DNA of 47,369 bases, counting the filler, from Jimgerdemannia flammicorona (taxonomy: Eukaryota), in NCBI GenBank assembly GCA_003990765.1. It is 2 parts of 2 records of this genome, joined end to end, with 100 filler letters (N's around TTAATTAATTAA, not from the genome) between each part and the next. Parts side by side here need not be neighbours in the genome. Positions count along the whole stretch, not along the records: positions 1 to 23,636 come from RBNJ01001084.1; 1 more part is not named here. One strand, given 5' to 3'. Under the pieces are notes generated by a model that had not been told where the DNA came from, ran no database searches, and saw nothing but the letters and a program-made list of their open reading frames with translations. Positions 11,560 through 23,636 of this stretch are shown here, in pieces. The first letter of the stretch is position 1; each line of letters starts with the position of its first letter. Position numbers and translations under genes: made by a program.

Positions 11560-12526
11560 ATGTGATAATTCTAACCATAGTACTGAAACTGGTGATTGAC
11601 TCTTAAAACTAGTCTCATGTGACATTCTGAGAAGCCTCAGTCTAAACTACAGATAATAAACTAATCTACATAAATATCACAGTCACACATCTCCCATGAA
11701 TGGCTATATATATAATATATTAGTTCCTGATAATCTGCTTAATAGTTGTAATCCTCTATCAGAAGCTGAAAATCATTGATTGTCAGATAGAAGCCATTCA
11801 ACTGTCGATCTGTAGTATCTTCAAGAGAGTGAAAGTCCCTTCTATCTTCAAACCATTCTGTAGTAAAATATATAGATTAGGTGTAATCATAGCCAATCTA
11901 TGAATTCAGAATAGCAAAGCATATATATAGGATATTTTTAATTCTCTGATGTGTGCAATCTGAGTGAGTTTAATTAAACCAGGCACTCTATCATCAGTCG
12001 ATAGACCTCTAATAATCACACTCCTGATACTAGTATTTCGAGCAATGAATTGTACAAGTCCATCAATACTACAGATGTCCTGCCATTCAAGATTAGCAAG
12101 TGATTTATATCTGAGAAAAGTATTACTCAGTATCTTGAGTAACTCAGGAGATATATAGCTATTGAGACTGAGTGTTGCCAGGCCTGAGAGGTTGGAAATA
12201 ATGTCACATATACCAGAGCAATCATGTTCAAGTAGATACTAATCTGTATAGGTAGGAGTGTATATAGACATATTCTGAGATTTACAATAGTTGCTATACT
12301 GAATTAAAAGAAGGCTAGATCAGTTCTTGTTAGTTATCTAAGTGGGTTGAGATCTTTGTGCAATGTTAGATCAATTGTATCCTCAAGTAGTAGTAGGGCA
12401 AATACTCACCATGGAGAAATATAGGCACAGAATATCAGATCACTGCATGATAAATTGTGAAAAATCTGGATAATGGTTTCTGGAGGCTGGTTGAATGGTG
12501 GAAGGGTGGGTGTTTTCTGTCAACAT
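11560..12526 (-). pseudogene. F-box/LRR family paralog C
   Basis: PPETIIQIFHNLSCSDLIFCAYI...IDLTLHKD..L.RTDLAFF and DGLVQFIARNTSIRSVIIRGLS, matching paralog A DGLSHFIARNPSIYCINIRGMS. Multiple stops. Confidence 0.7.
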
Positions 12527-12649
12527 TTCTTTAAGGGGTGTGGAGATTACCACTAGTATTAAATATAATATATCAGGATTACATACCATCATATGACTAT
12601 ACTATTTTGGTATAGGTTTTCAATAGTAGGTGATATGCAAGAATGCAAA

Positions 12650-13530
12650 GACCTGTCTATATATCATGCTACTATCTCAGTATATGCTAATTTTGTATAT
12701 ATATGTATAATTTTCATGACCCCAGTTACTATTGATTCATAGAAAAATGGCTTTAATATTTACTATTGATGGGATCACAAATATCTAGATGGGTCTATTC
12801 AGTATATTGTAAGTGAAGGATTAATATAAACTAGTTCACATATCTTTGCTATACAATTTGCATTTGTAGGCTGGCCCCATAGCTCCATACCACATAGTAT
12901 ACTTGAGAGTGTAATAGCTTTGTATCGGCTAGCATGCTCAATGGCAATACTGCTCACTACTATAGGTTGGATCAGAGATATAGCAATCTGTCTCTGGCTG
13001 CCTACCATTAGCCAGCACTCACCTATATGTATAGATGGCATAATGGCTATCTCTGGAGGGTGAATACAGATATCACCTTTCAATATCTGATAGAGAGTAT
13101 ATAGTGATGAGAAGTATGTTGGCGAGGTATACTGATGGACAATTCTTACCTCTCCAATATAGAGTACAAAGTCAGGAGACTCTATTATACTAGATGTATA
13201 CCTATTCAATATTGTATGTCTTCTATCAGTGATCTCAGATACAAAGGATTGTGATAGATAAGCCATAACTGTCTCTACATAGAGTGTAGAAATAGTATAG
13301 AATACTATGATACTGATAATATACATGTACCAATCTAGTATTACTGGTATATGATTGCTGACTGGTGGCTGTATCTCTTGCTTGATATCAGTATATTGCA
13401 GAGATATATCGAGAGTAGCAGTAGTGTCTATATCACTATCACTGTCACTATTATATGCCAAACAGTACTTATCTGCAATCAAACAGCTATAGGCAAATGA
13501 TGGTACATCTTTGTAGAGATTCTATGGCAT
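12650..13530 (-). pseudogene. SUN-domain (Sad1/UNC-84) nuclear envelope protein pseudogene
   Basis: TM segment followed by PDFVLYIGEVRIVHQYTSPTY, PPEIAIMPSIHIGECWLMVGSQ.QIAISL, IAIEH and MELWG; a frameshifted tail reads INSNWGHENYTYIYKI. Confidence 0.85.
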
Positions 13531-13719
13531 TTTAAATAATAATCTAATACTGGACAGAGCTGGTATTTATAATATTGATATAATCCTAGTTAGCTACTGT
13601 ATCAAAAGAATACTAATTGGTGAAAATGGAAAGATGAAAATAATAAACTGAATGATCTATAATCCAATGGCAACTCATGGAATATTTGAGTTTATAGGAA
13701 TAGAATCGTACTTATTTAT

Positions 13720-14480
13720 TGCACAAGCTGACCCACACTACATTTGACCACTGTATAGCACTGATCAAATTATATGCTTTGTGGATGAACTGAATATGGT
13801 GCCTATAATCTGTGAATATATGTCACTTCACCAGCCTCTAGTACCCAGACAGGACACAACAGACTCTGTTGGCATATAGTATCTGCAAGCAGGACATCAT
13901 GCATCTCATGCTGCTTGATCATTACTAGAATATTGCTGGTGATGCAATCCAGATAGTGATTATAGCGGGTAAAGAGAAGTACTTTCTCAATGTTTGGTCT
14001 GGATAATAATATAAGAAAGTATAAAATGTATAATAGCCAAGATTACAAATCTAATATATTGTAATATATGGAAATTGTACCTCTGCAGTACACTCATCAT
14101 ACATGATAGTTTCTCTTGCAGCTTCCTCCTTATTACTGGTTTAGTAGAATCAACAAAGGAGCCACTGATAAATAAGACCAGATTGACTCTGTGTTTCAGC
14201 TGACTGCTAATTACAATATCAATGAACTTATAGATATGGCAATGAGTATAATGTTTGTTGAAGACATGACTAATACACCCAAATATAATTTTGACATACA
14301 TTTTCAAATGAGATGGTTCATGGCTGTCCATCTCTATTGTCTTCAGCCCACAGTATACCATCATTATTAGTATGTATTGGAATCAGCAGCCACTTGCTTG
14401 CCCTGGTCACCATCTTGATGATTGGAATAACATTATATTAGACAATTATCATAATTCGAATATTAATACAAGGATACAAA
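13720..14480 (-). pseudogene. Unknown gene remnant
   Basis: ORF 13987-14364 plus flanking intron-like AT-rich segments. No recognisable domain. Confidence 0.3.
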
Positions 14481-15215
14481 ATTGGGTCACCTCTTATCAA
14501 TACTGTTTGCTTCTGTACTGAGGGTGTTTTCATTCAAAATCGAATTTTTTATGAAGAATACCTGATTGTTCTACATTGGTATTATGATATTAATTAAACA
14601 TAGTATTTACATATTTTACAATATAGCTAGCATCTGATCATATATCCTATATATTGTGAATGAAGACATAGTTGCAGTCCCAAGGATCTCCTACTCTGTA
14701 AAGGATGTAAGTTCAATCATCTGGATATCAATGTAGCGGTTTCTATCATAAAAAGTGGTTGTATCAGATCTGCTATCATTATATTTCTAAATATTTGACA
14801 TTTACCTATATAACAATGAGTTACAGAGCTGCTGTCTATATAATATACCAATCTATTTGTCATCATACAGGTATACCTGGTTAGAGGGCCTGAGGGCTGT
14901 AGCTGTATGCTTAGTTGACCCTCTTTGGGTCCAGAGTTCAACTGTTTTGCAGTCTATCTAGTGTACATCATTGTGTCTGTGATAATGTAACTTATGATAT
15001 CACAGTAAATACCATGTGATTTGTGGCTTTGGCATCATATGACTCTGGCTGGAAAGCTACATAAAACTAAATAATACCTCTGTACAAAAACTAAACACAT
15101 ATCTCTATATATACACCTAATCATATCTACTAAATATCAGTGAAATTCTCAGGGCCATTTTTGCATCCCAGATGAATACTTTGAAGAATCAATTAAATGA
15201 CATCTAGTATTTAAT

Positions 15216-15960
15216 ATGTCATTTTCAAACATGGATACCACTTTCTATGTCTGGCTCAAGGAACCAATTATGTCAGTTCCGATACAGCAGAATCTGGCAA
15301 GCTATAGACTTTATTATTATTATTATTTTGTACCTTTTTGTCATCCTTTAATCATTTTCTATAATTGCTATTTACAGGAGTCTGAAATACTCACCTCTAT
15401 ACAGTATACCCAAAAACATGCTTATGAAGAGGATGAAGAGGATGGTGGTGAAGGTCCATCTACATCAAAACATGCTCACTTCGAAAAGGTATTCTTCTAT
15501 TTTACTAGATCTTCATTATATTGACCATTATAGTAATATCCTGGTATTTTTATAGGATCTGCCATCCCCCCCTCCCCACCACTGCCACCATGGTATCTTG
15601 AAGAATAAACAACAAGTACCTCAACAAACTAATAGAAGCAGGTCTCCAACCCCACTAATCCATAAGCCCACAGAAGAAGAGCTAGCCCTGGTGGAGAACT
15701 TCAGGACTACTGTTGCAGAGGTGGTAGCTGATCCCTCTCCATCCAGCTGTCTACTCTGAGGGAAAAATACTCTCCAGACACACTTAGTGGGCTGTTTGGC
15801 TCTGCCTCAGCAGCCCTGAAAGTAGTTGATGTATCTTTCCCTTCAGGTGGTCTTAAGGGTACTTTGGATCAACTGGTTGCAATAAGAAAGTTTCAATGCT
15901 TGCTCAGGGGGCCAGAAAGAGCTCATTATGATCAGCAGATCAAGCAATGCTTTGGCTTAG
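15216..15960 (+). pseudogene. Unknown intron-containing gene remnant (acidic/Pro-rich)
   Basis: Exon-like blocks (KHAYEEDEEDGGEGPSTSKHAHFEK; PTEEELALVENFRTTVAEVV; LDQLVAIRKFQ) separated by short AT-rich introns, e.g. 15489-15555 GT..AG. Confidence 0.4.
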
Positions 15961-16276
15961 AGATTTTAATCCTCCTTACAAATGTGATATTTCTATCATA
16001 TTTTTATAATCTGGTAGAAAAACATGAGTATGGAGTACTGTACTCTTGTGTATGCATTGCATATGAGCTGACCCACACACTACCTACAATACTATTTTAT
16101 GCAGTAGATAAGATAACAAAAAAACTTATTATAGTAGACATATAATAAATTGTATAATTTCAATAGATAGATTATAGTATTTATATTATCTGTCAGTTCA
16201 GTATAATTTATAGTTATTGATATACCAATTTCTAATAAATATATCTATCTTATTCTTCAATATTCATGTATTTTTA

Positions 16277-16774
16277 CTACCAAGACATTTCCAAGAGGGC
16301 TGTTTTAACTGTTTTAGAACACCCAATAAGTTGATGCTGGACTCTCTTGCAAACCCTCCCACTCCTTGTTACTTGTATTTTCTCTTCAGTAGGGGGTTGA
16401 ATTCTGCCCTCTAATTGTTGTTGGACAAATATATATCTCTCCATAAAGTTTGCCACTACTCTTTCATGGAATTCCCTTGCTGTCTTTTGTATCAAAATAT
16501 CTTACATTTCTGGATGAATATGTGGATATATTGACAATGCCTTAATGGCAACTTCTTATATTGAAGGAGAGAGGTGTGGGTGACTCCTTATTGCCTGATA
16601 GAACTTGGATAGATATTTGAAGTCTCAGATATTATACTGTCAGTGCAGATGTCTGATTGCCTCAGAGTGAAGTGTATGTGAAATATGTATGCAGTAAGTA
16701 AGATCAATAAATCCAAGATTGCAGACTATAAGTCCAACTATCTTGGCTGGTATTGACTACATATAACAGATCAT
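16277..16774 (-). pseudogene. Small F-box protein pseudogene
   Basis: M..*SIPAKIVGLIVCNLGFIDLTYCIHISHTLHSEAIRHLH...LSKFYQAIRSHPHLSP, continuing in frame into ORF 16277-16495. Confidence 0.65.
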
Positions 16775-16934
16775 TATATGAGATCATTTTATGTATAGAT
16801 TTATATCAAAGTCCTGCTATTTATATTGTTATAGAAAAGTTTATTTAATGGCCACTCATGGGGTTCAAAACATAGTACTATGTTGAGGTAATCAGCAACT
16901 CTGAATTTACATTCTTCAATAATATATAAGAAAT

Positions 16935-17521
16935 TAATAAAATAAAATAAAAATCACAAAATCCTTGGCTCTATATAACTTTCTTGACTAATGTCAAGAT
17001 GATACTATTGGCCTTACCTCTAAAAAATGAGTTGGCTCCAATAAGATAGCTGGCTCCTATTACCATATTGTATACCTGTGTCCTGCACTCTTGGGATACA
17101 AAATCAGATATAACTGCCTTCTTTCCAAGAAGATCACTAATAAACTGCTTGCCATATCTTATCTCATCAAAGGTGATTTCCTGCCCTCCTCTGGAATTGT
17201 GTACAGCATCAATGAATACATTGAGTGCTGACACCTGAACAGCTTCTACAGGCTCTTCAGCAAATACACTATCATCTGAAACTGTAGACAGCAGACTGAA
17301 TCACCCTGGAGGAGAAGGTGATTCAGGTATGTTTGGAATCCTCTATGGCAATTTGCATTTTCGAGAGTATACTGGAGGTGATGATGGCAAGGGTGTTTCT
17401 CTATATGTATGAAGTTCACATGGATCAACAGTCCTTGGAGATGTGGGTGGTGATACATTCTGGTCGTAATTGAATATTGTATATTCCATTCTTTTAGAGA
17501 GAAATGATTGCAGACTGTCAT
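16935..17521 (-). pseudogene. Unknown gene remnant with a Pro/Ser-rich N-terminus and helical C-terminus
   Basis: SPPTSPRT..TPLPSSPP..PESPSPP read through stops into ORF 16971-17234. Confidence 0.4.
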
Positions 17522-17773
17522 TTTAAATAGACAGGTTTAAATAGCAAATATTCAGTGGTAGTCTCACCAATTTAGTCTTTGAAGATTCAAAATAAAACAT
17601 GGTTTGTTATACATTTTACAGCAGCCAAGATTTATTCCCAATCATAATACTCTGGCCTGAGTGGGAACTGATATCTACTTTGGCCTGCTGGTATTGAATG
17701 ATAGCCCAGTATCAGAGTTGAAATACAAAGCCTGATATATATACAAAATAGGGTATGATGTAGAGTGACAAAC

Positions 17774-18864
17774 TCAGTCAATGATATCATCATCTGCAGA
17801 TACACCAGGATTCTCTAGACATTGTACATATAGTAAGCCAATTACAATAATATTTAGCTTCCAGCACCTATTTAGTTCAAAGCTCCAGATGATACTTGCT
17901 ACAATGGCTGCAACTACTAGCAAGACCATTACTGCTGCAGAGCTCAGGCCTGTAATTGTCTGAAGTATTGCAATGGTCCCCATAGCCCATCCAGGAATCC
18001 ATCTACTAGCTGATTTAATAAAAGCCACATAGTGCTGTTCAACAAGAGTGACAGTAATATTACTGGCATTGGCAACTGCTGTGATTGTCTTATTGAGAGT
18101 ATCATCTACTTTGTAGGTATACTCATCTACCCATATACCTATGCCACTTAATGTACTGGTGGTTGTAGTTGTTAGCTGAGCAACCTCCTTTTTTGCAACC
18201 TCTAGTCTATCTATGACATCTTGTTGCTTTTTAGCCAGCTGATCCATTGATATCATCAGATCACTGAGCAGACATTGTGATACTGCTTTTATATTTCTGG
18301 TGATCTTCATCTATCTATGGAACTAGCAGACAGAATGTGAGTTTGTTTTATGGTATATGAACATTGGAGCCAATACTGTATTTTTGCCCATGTACTTCAG
18401 ACAGATATCGGTATTGATACCCTTGCCTAGACATTGTCTGGGGATTGATATCTTCAATATTATAGCATCGCATACTACCAGAGAAATACCATCTACAAGA
18501 TTCCATATATATAATTAATATATAGTTGTGCATAATTATGTGAAATAAAACCAAAACAAGATACTAACATCTATTGTGAACACTCATCTGTCAGAACCAT
18601 ATCACAATCAGGCCCCATGATATCCATGGTCTGCTTGAAGCAGTCTCCCTGTTTCTCATATTGACAAAGAGTATCTGTAATTTGCAGTATATATAAGAGT
18701 GCTGTTTGTAGGTACAGAATCTAAACAATACTTATTTTCAACCACATACTTAATGCCTGCTTATATTTATCCTCTATAGATATAGTTGATACACTCTTGC
18801 TAGCATGGCTGACTGTAGCAAGCATATATGCAAACAGGAGTATGAGTTTTGGGATGGGAGTCAT
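17774..18864 (-). pseudogene. Kar5/Tht1/GEX1/Brambleberry-like nuclear membrane fusion protein pseudogene
   Basis: Signal peptide MTPIPKLILLFAYMLATVSHAS. Cys-rich domain across an intron: GDCFKQTMDIMGPDC.../GISLVVCDAIILKISIPRQC...DICLKYM...SVC. Then a coiled coil and C-terminal TM helices (ORF 17774-18310). TATAAATA lies about 20 nt upstream of the ATG. Confidence 0.65.
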
Positions 18865-19049
18865 CTTTTGTAAGAGGGGTATTTATAGATGGAAGAGATC
18901 ATTGCTACTTATAAGTTTATGACTATTTTCATCACACACTGTTCTGAAATATAAGAACCCAGGTTCTGCTCATCACTGCTCAGTACTCTTTCTACCCTAA
19001 TGGCAACAACTACTGTGGCTACAGATATCTCTCTCCAGTACCACTTGGG

Positions 19050-22000
19050 TTACACAACCTTTGGAAAGCAACTATAATATCGTTTTTGGAGAAAAGAGAC
19101 TAGCAACATGGCGACTGACAGACAATCTGAGGTGCATACTGGGTAGGGTGGCCCAAGCGTGTTCGACTGGCAGCAGGTGGGGAGAGGCCCTGGCCTGGGG
19201 GGAGGTATGAGGGAGCTGCTGGCAGGTGGATGCAGAAGGGGAGGAGGCAGTAGTAGAGGACAGAGATCTGGGAGAGTGAGCTTTGCGGAGACAGTGAAGG
19301 AGAGATGGCAGACATTGGGGCTAGAGGGTTGGCTGAGGAAAGGCAAGGAAACAGAGAAGGCGACAGTATAGAGGGGAGTAGCCCTTAGTAGGGGGAGCAG
19401 TGAGGCTGGAGGTATAGTGGCTGGGGGGGCATGATGGCTAATGGAGACAGGACTGCCAATCTGGAAAAAAATCCAGATGTGACTGCAGATGGCATGGCTG
19501 AGCAACTGGGGCTTAGAAGATAAGGAGATTTGGCAGATGGTGTGATGGGCCTGGCGGTGGTGCTGTTACTCAAGAAATCGATCTCAGCATTCACAGTAAC
19601 GGTGTGCTTTCAGGGCCTAGCAGTGATAGCAAAAATGGTGCTGGAGCTTATCACTAAGCAGGTGGCTGGAACAGCATCCATAAAGTTTTTGAAGAGACTG
19701 GAGGGAGTGGAGGTGGGCTTTGAGGAGGCCGAGCCTTTGGAGGAAGCACTGAAGATTGGATTAATAGTTGGAGAGGTGTGTGTTCCAATGGCATGCTACC
19801 TGAAATGGGATCCCAGGGTGGTCCAATTACTGGTGAAAGGGGTGCCCATGGTGATGGCAGTAGCAAAAAGAAGAAGAGTTGAGGAGGTTATGGCAAAGTA
19901 TGGAGAGGTGATGGATATCAGATTCAGAGTCTGGGAGGGGACCTTACTCAGGACTGGGGATGTAGATGTGAGGATTTGGCTGGCAGAGAAAGAAGTTACT
20001 GGGAAGGCAAGGGACTGGCCTTTGGGGATAGTCTGGGGGGCAATCTTGTGCAAGATGATGAGGGTGAAGGGGAGTGAGGAGGAGGAAGAGGACTTATTGG
20101 AAGTACTGGAAGAGTTGAGTGGTGCTGTGGAGTGGCAGATGAAGGCTTGGAAGACCTTTGAGGTAGCGACACACTTGGAGATAGTGGATGGGAGATGGGT
20201 TCAAGTGAACAAGGAGCAGTGGGAATAAGATCAGAGATATAAGAGATAGAAGGAACTGCTGGCGAAGATGGCAGGCAGGTCTCTGAAGGATATGAGCCAA
20301 ATGGTGGATACAGGGGGTGCCAAAGTGAGTGTTTGGGCAAGTGAAGGTAGTGGGAGTGCTGGGAAGGGGACTGGTAAGAACAGGGAGATGACTGGCAATA
20401 ATCTGTATACTGATGGTATGCTTGAGATATGGGAGGAGACATAGGAGGATTCCCCTACCCCTACTCCCCTTATCAGGTGAGGCCCAGCTTCCCAAAGCAG
20501 GGTGGTGGAGGATGTACCAATGCGGGGGGCCCAGCAAGTGCAATTTGGAGTTCCAGAGGTGACGAAAGGGGGACAAGTAGTGGTGGCTGGTGAGGAGGAA
20601 CTGGTGGATGTCCCAGAGGAGTGAGATGAGGCTGTGAGTGCTGGGGCTGACACCACAATGCTGGATGGCAGGAGGCTGGTGACCCCAGGAGGAAAGGAGG
20701 TGGGGAACCTACTTTGGATGTGCAGGATGATGAACAACCTAGTGGCCAAGGAGCTGGGAGAGGTGGATTTGAGGGTAATGAGCAATGAGTATTGGATGTA
20801 GATCCTGCAGGGGGATGGAGTGATGATGGTATTGAAGGTGGAAATTCTTGCAGTGTATCTGGAGGAGGAAGGCTATGAGGTAGATAAGAAGTGAGAGGCA
20901 GAGCTGGCGGGAGTTGCTGGAGAGAGGGCAGAATACTGCTGGACCAAGCATCATGGATTGCAGCTCTGGCAGGAAGCCTGCCTAGAGTACCAAGAGGAAT
21001 TTGAGGAGAAGGCAGATGGAGAAGGCAGATAGAGAGATGAATGAGCTGTTGGTTGGATTGGAGGCTCAGAGGGCTGAAGAGGAGGCAGTGACTGCAGAAT
21101 ATAATCTGGACTTGGTGCAGGAGAAGATAAACATAGAGCAGTAGGGAAGGACTTGATAACACACTATTCTTCATTATGAATAGTACAACCAATATTTTTT
21201 CTTTGAACATAAATGGGTTATGGGGTACTTATCGACATAAGAACATTTTTACTTGGCTGAAGAGATTGGAGGCTGATCTCTTCCTCTTGTAGGATGTCAG
21301 GTGTGAGGATGATTTGGATAGACTGGAATGGATGAAGAAATGGAGAGGTGAGACAGTTTAGAAGGGCAAGGTTGGGATTCTGGTATGGAAAGGTAGAGGG
21401 GAGATAAGGGATATGCAGAGCTAGGGAGATAGATTGGTCTGGGGAGAGTGGATACACATGGGTTGGGAGCCAGTTATGGTGGGCTCCTGCTACTATTCTG
21501 CAGTATGGGGTGAGCATGTGGATTGGGTGAAGGGCCTATAGGAGAGCAGGATTCTTACAGAGATTGGGGTGGATATGCTCGGTGGGGACTTCAATATGGT
21601 CTAGGATGTATTGATGGATAGAACTGATGGAGGACAGGGAGCTGAGGGTTGGAGTGGAGGACTGGCAGTATGGGAGAAAGTGGAAAGACTGAGTGCTTTG
21701 GTGGATGTGGGTAGAGAGTGTTGGGGGGATAGGAGGGTATACATGCACTAGACAGGGGGCCTGGGGACAAGAATTGATTGGATTCTGATGGCCAGCTGCT
21801 GGGGCTTGGATGTTTGGAAGTCACTGGAGGTGGAATGGTGTCTGTGGTCAGATCATTGGGGGCTTTTGGGGCAGGGGCATTTTGGGGAGAGTGGGGATGG
21901 ACCTGGACATTGGCACCTTAATTCCTCCTTATTAGATGATAAGATCTGGTGAGATGAGTGGGCTGCAGACATTCAACTGAGAGTGGAGTACTGGAGGCAG

Positions 22001-23584
22001 GAAGGTGCCCCAGTTGGTATTCAGTAGATGAGGATGAAGGAGATGGCCAGGACCTACTGGAGTGAGGCTGGCAAGGAGGCTGGGAAACAGAGGAGATGAC
22101 AGGTGAGATGGACTTCTAGTAGACTGTCTAGACTCTTGGAGGACTGGGCAAGACTGACAACATTGGAGGAGGAGGAGGATTGGAGATTGATAAGGGTGAA
22201 AATAGAGGTCGATGAACTACAACAGGTGTTGTGGAATGAGGAGGAGGCAAGGGTACAGGGTTTGGTGGCACGGCTTCGTTGGTAGGGGTTGGAGGAAGGG
22301 GAGAGACCCTCAAAGTATCTCACAAGAGCCCTTCAGACAAGAAGGGTGCAATAAAGGTGGGAGGGGGTGCTTAATGCTGATGGTATATTGGTGCATGGTA
22401 TACAAGACATTCTTGGATCACTAAAGGAGTGATAGAGTGGATTGTGGAGTGAGGAGGAGGGTGGGGCAGATGCTGAAGCTATTGACCAAGCATTGGAGGA
22501 TTAGTACCCTATATGAGTAGATGGGCTGGATGACTTGGTGCTACCAGTACGAGAGGAGGAGATCCACCAGGTTCTTGCTGCGACAATGCTGGGTACAGTG
22601 CCTGGAGAGGATGGTCTGCCCTGGGACTTCTGGAAGAAGATAGTGGGAGTTCCAGGAGTACTGGGTGAGATGATGGTACTGTGTGATTGGATTCTACAGA
22701 TGGGGAGATGGGTGGGAGAACAGGATCTGGGGCTGGTGATATTGCTTTACAAGAACAAAGGAAGGCAAGAGAACTAGAAGAACTGGAGGCCAATTATGTT
22801 GCTGGATATGGACAGAAAGTTGGTTACCAAGGTAGTGGTCGCAAGGCTGCAAAAGGTGGCCCAGCAAGTCCTGGGTGTTGAGCAGAGGGGCTTTGTAGGA
22901 GGCTGACTCATTAGGGATAGTACAGCCTGGGTTCATGGAGTTATTGAAGGGGTGCAAGCCAGTGGACTGGATGGGTAACTGGTCTTTCTGGACCAGGAGA
23001 AGGCTTATGACTGGGTGCAGCAGGTCTGGCTGGCAAAAGTATTGGATAGGATTGGGGTCCCGCATCAGTTCAGATCAGCAATGGTCAGCCTACTGGAAGG
23101 AAGTAGGGCTGTGCTCATATGTAATAGACACAGAGGGGTAGTGTTTCCCCTGGGTAGGGGGGTGCCCCAGGGGGACCCACTGTCCCCCATTTTGTATGCT
23201 CTTTCCCTGGAGCCCTTCATGGACAGAATCAGGTAGAAGATAGTGAAGCTCTCTATGGCATTGGGTGGAAAGTAGGGGCCTTTGCAGATGATATGGTGGT
23301 CAGCCTGAGATCAATTGCAGATGTTGAGGAGCTCAAGAAAACCATGAAGTGGTATGAGGAGAACTCAGGAGCTAAGCTTAATTGGCATAAATGTGAAACA
23401 ATGGTATTAGGCAATGGTCTGGTGGGAGGGGAGATTATTGGAACTATTGTCTCTGCTGGTGAGGCAGTGTAGTACTTGGGTATTTATCTATCAGTATATG
23501 GGTCAGTTTTACCCAGACTTTGGTGAGAGCAGTGGGTTGGAATCTGGGAGGAGGTCCTGTGGAGTTGGGGGGGGCACCAATTGT

Positions 23585-23587
<3 letters not shown>
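19050..23587 (+). mobile_element. L1/Tx1-type LINE, copy 1 (degenerate, 3' part missing)
   Basis: ORF1 from ATG 19108. ORF2 from ATG 21176: SLNINGL, GGDFN, RIDWIL, SDH (AP endonuclease); PGEDGLP, WRPIMLLDMDRK, FLDQEKAYD, GVPQGDPLSP, FADD (RT). Many stops. Confidence 0.92.

Positions 23588-23636
<49 letters not shown>

Noticed and set aside
21..18864. Firm assignment of the island as NCLDV, Starship or Helitron
   Set aside because: No hallmark gene or element terminus is visible in the window, so it is kept only as a hypothesis.
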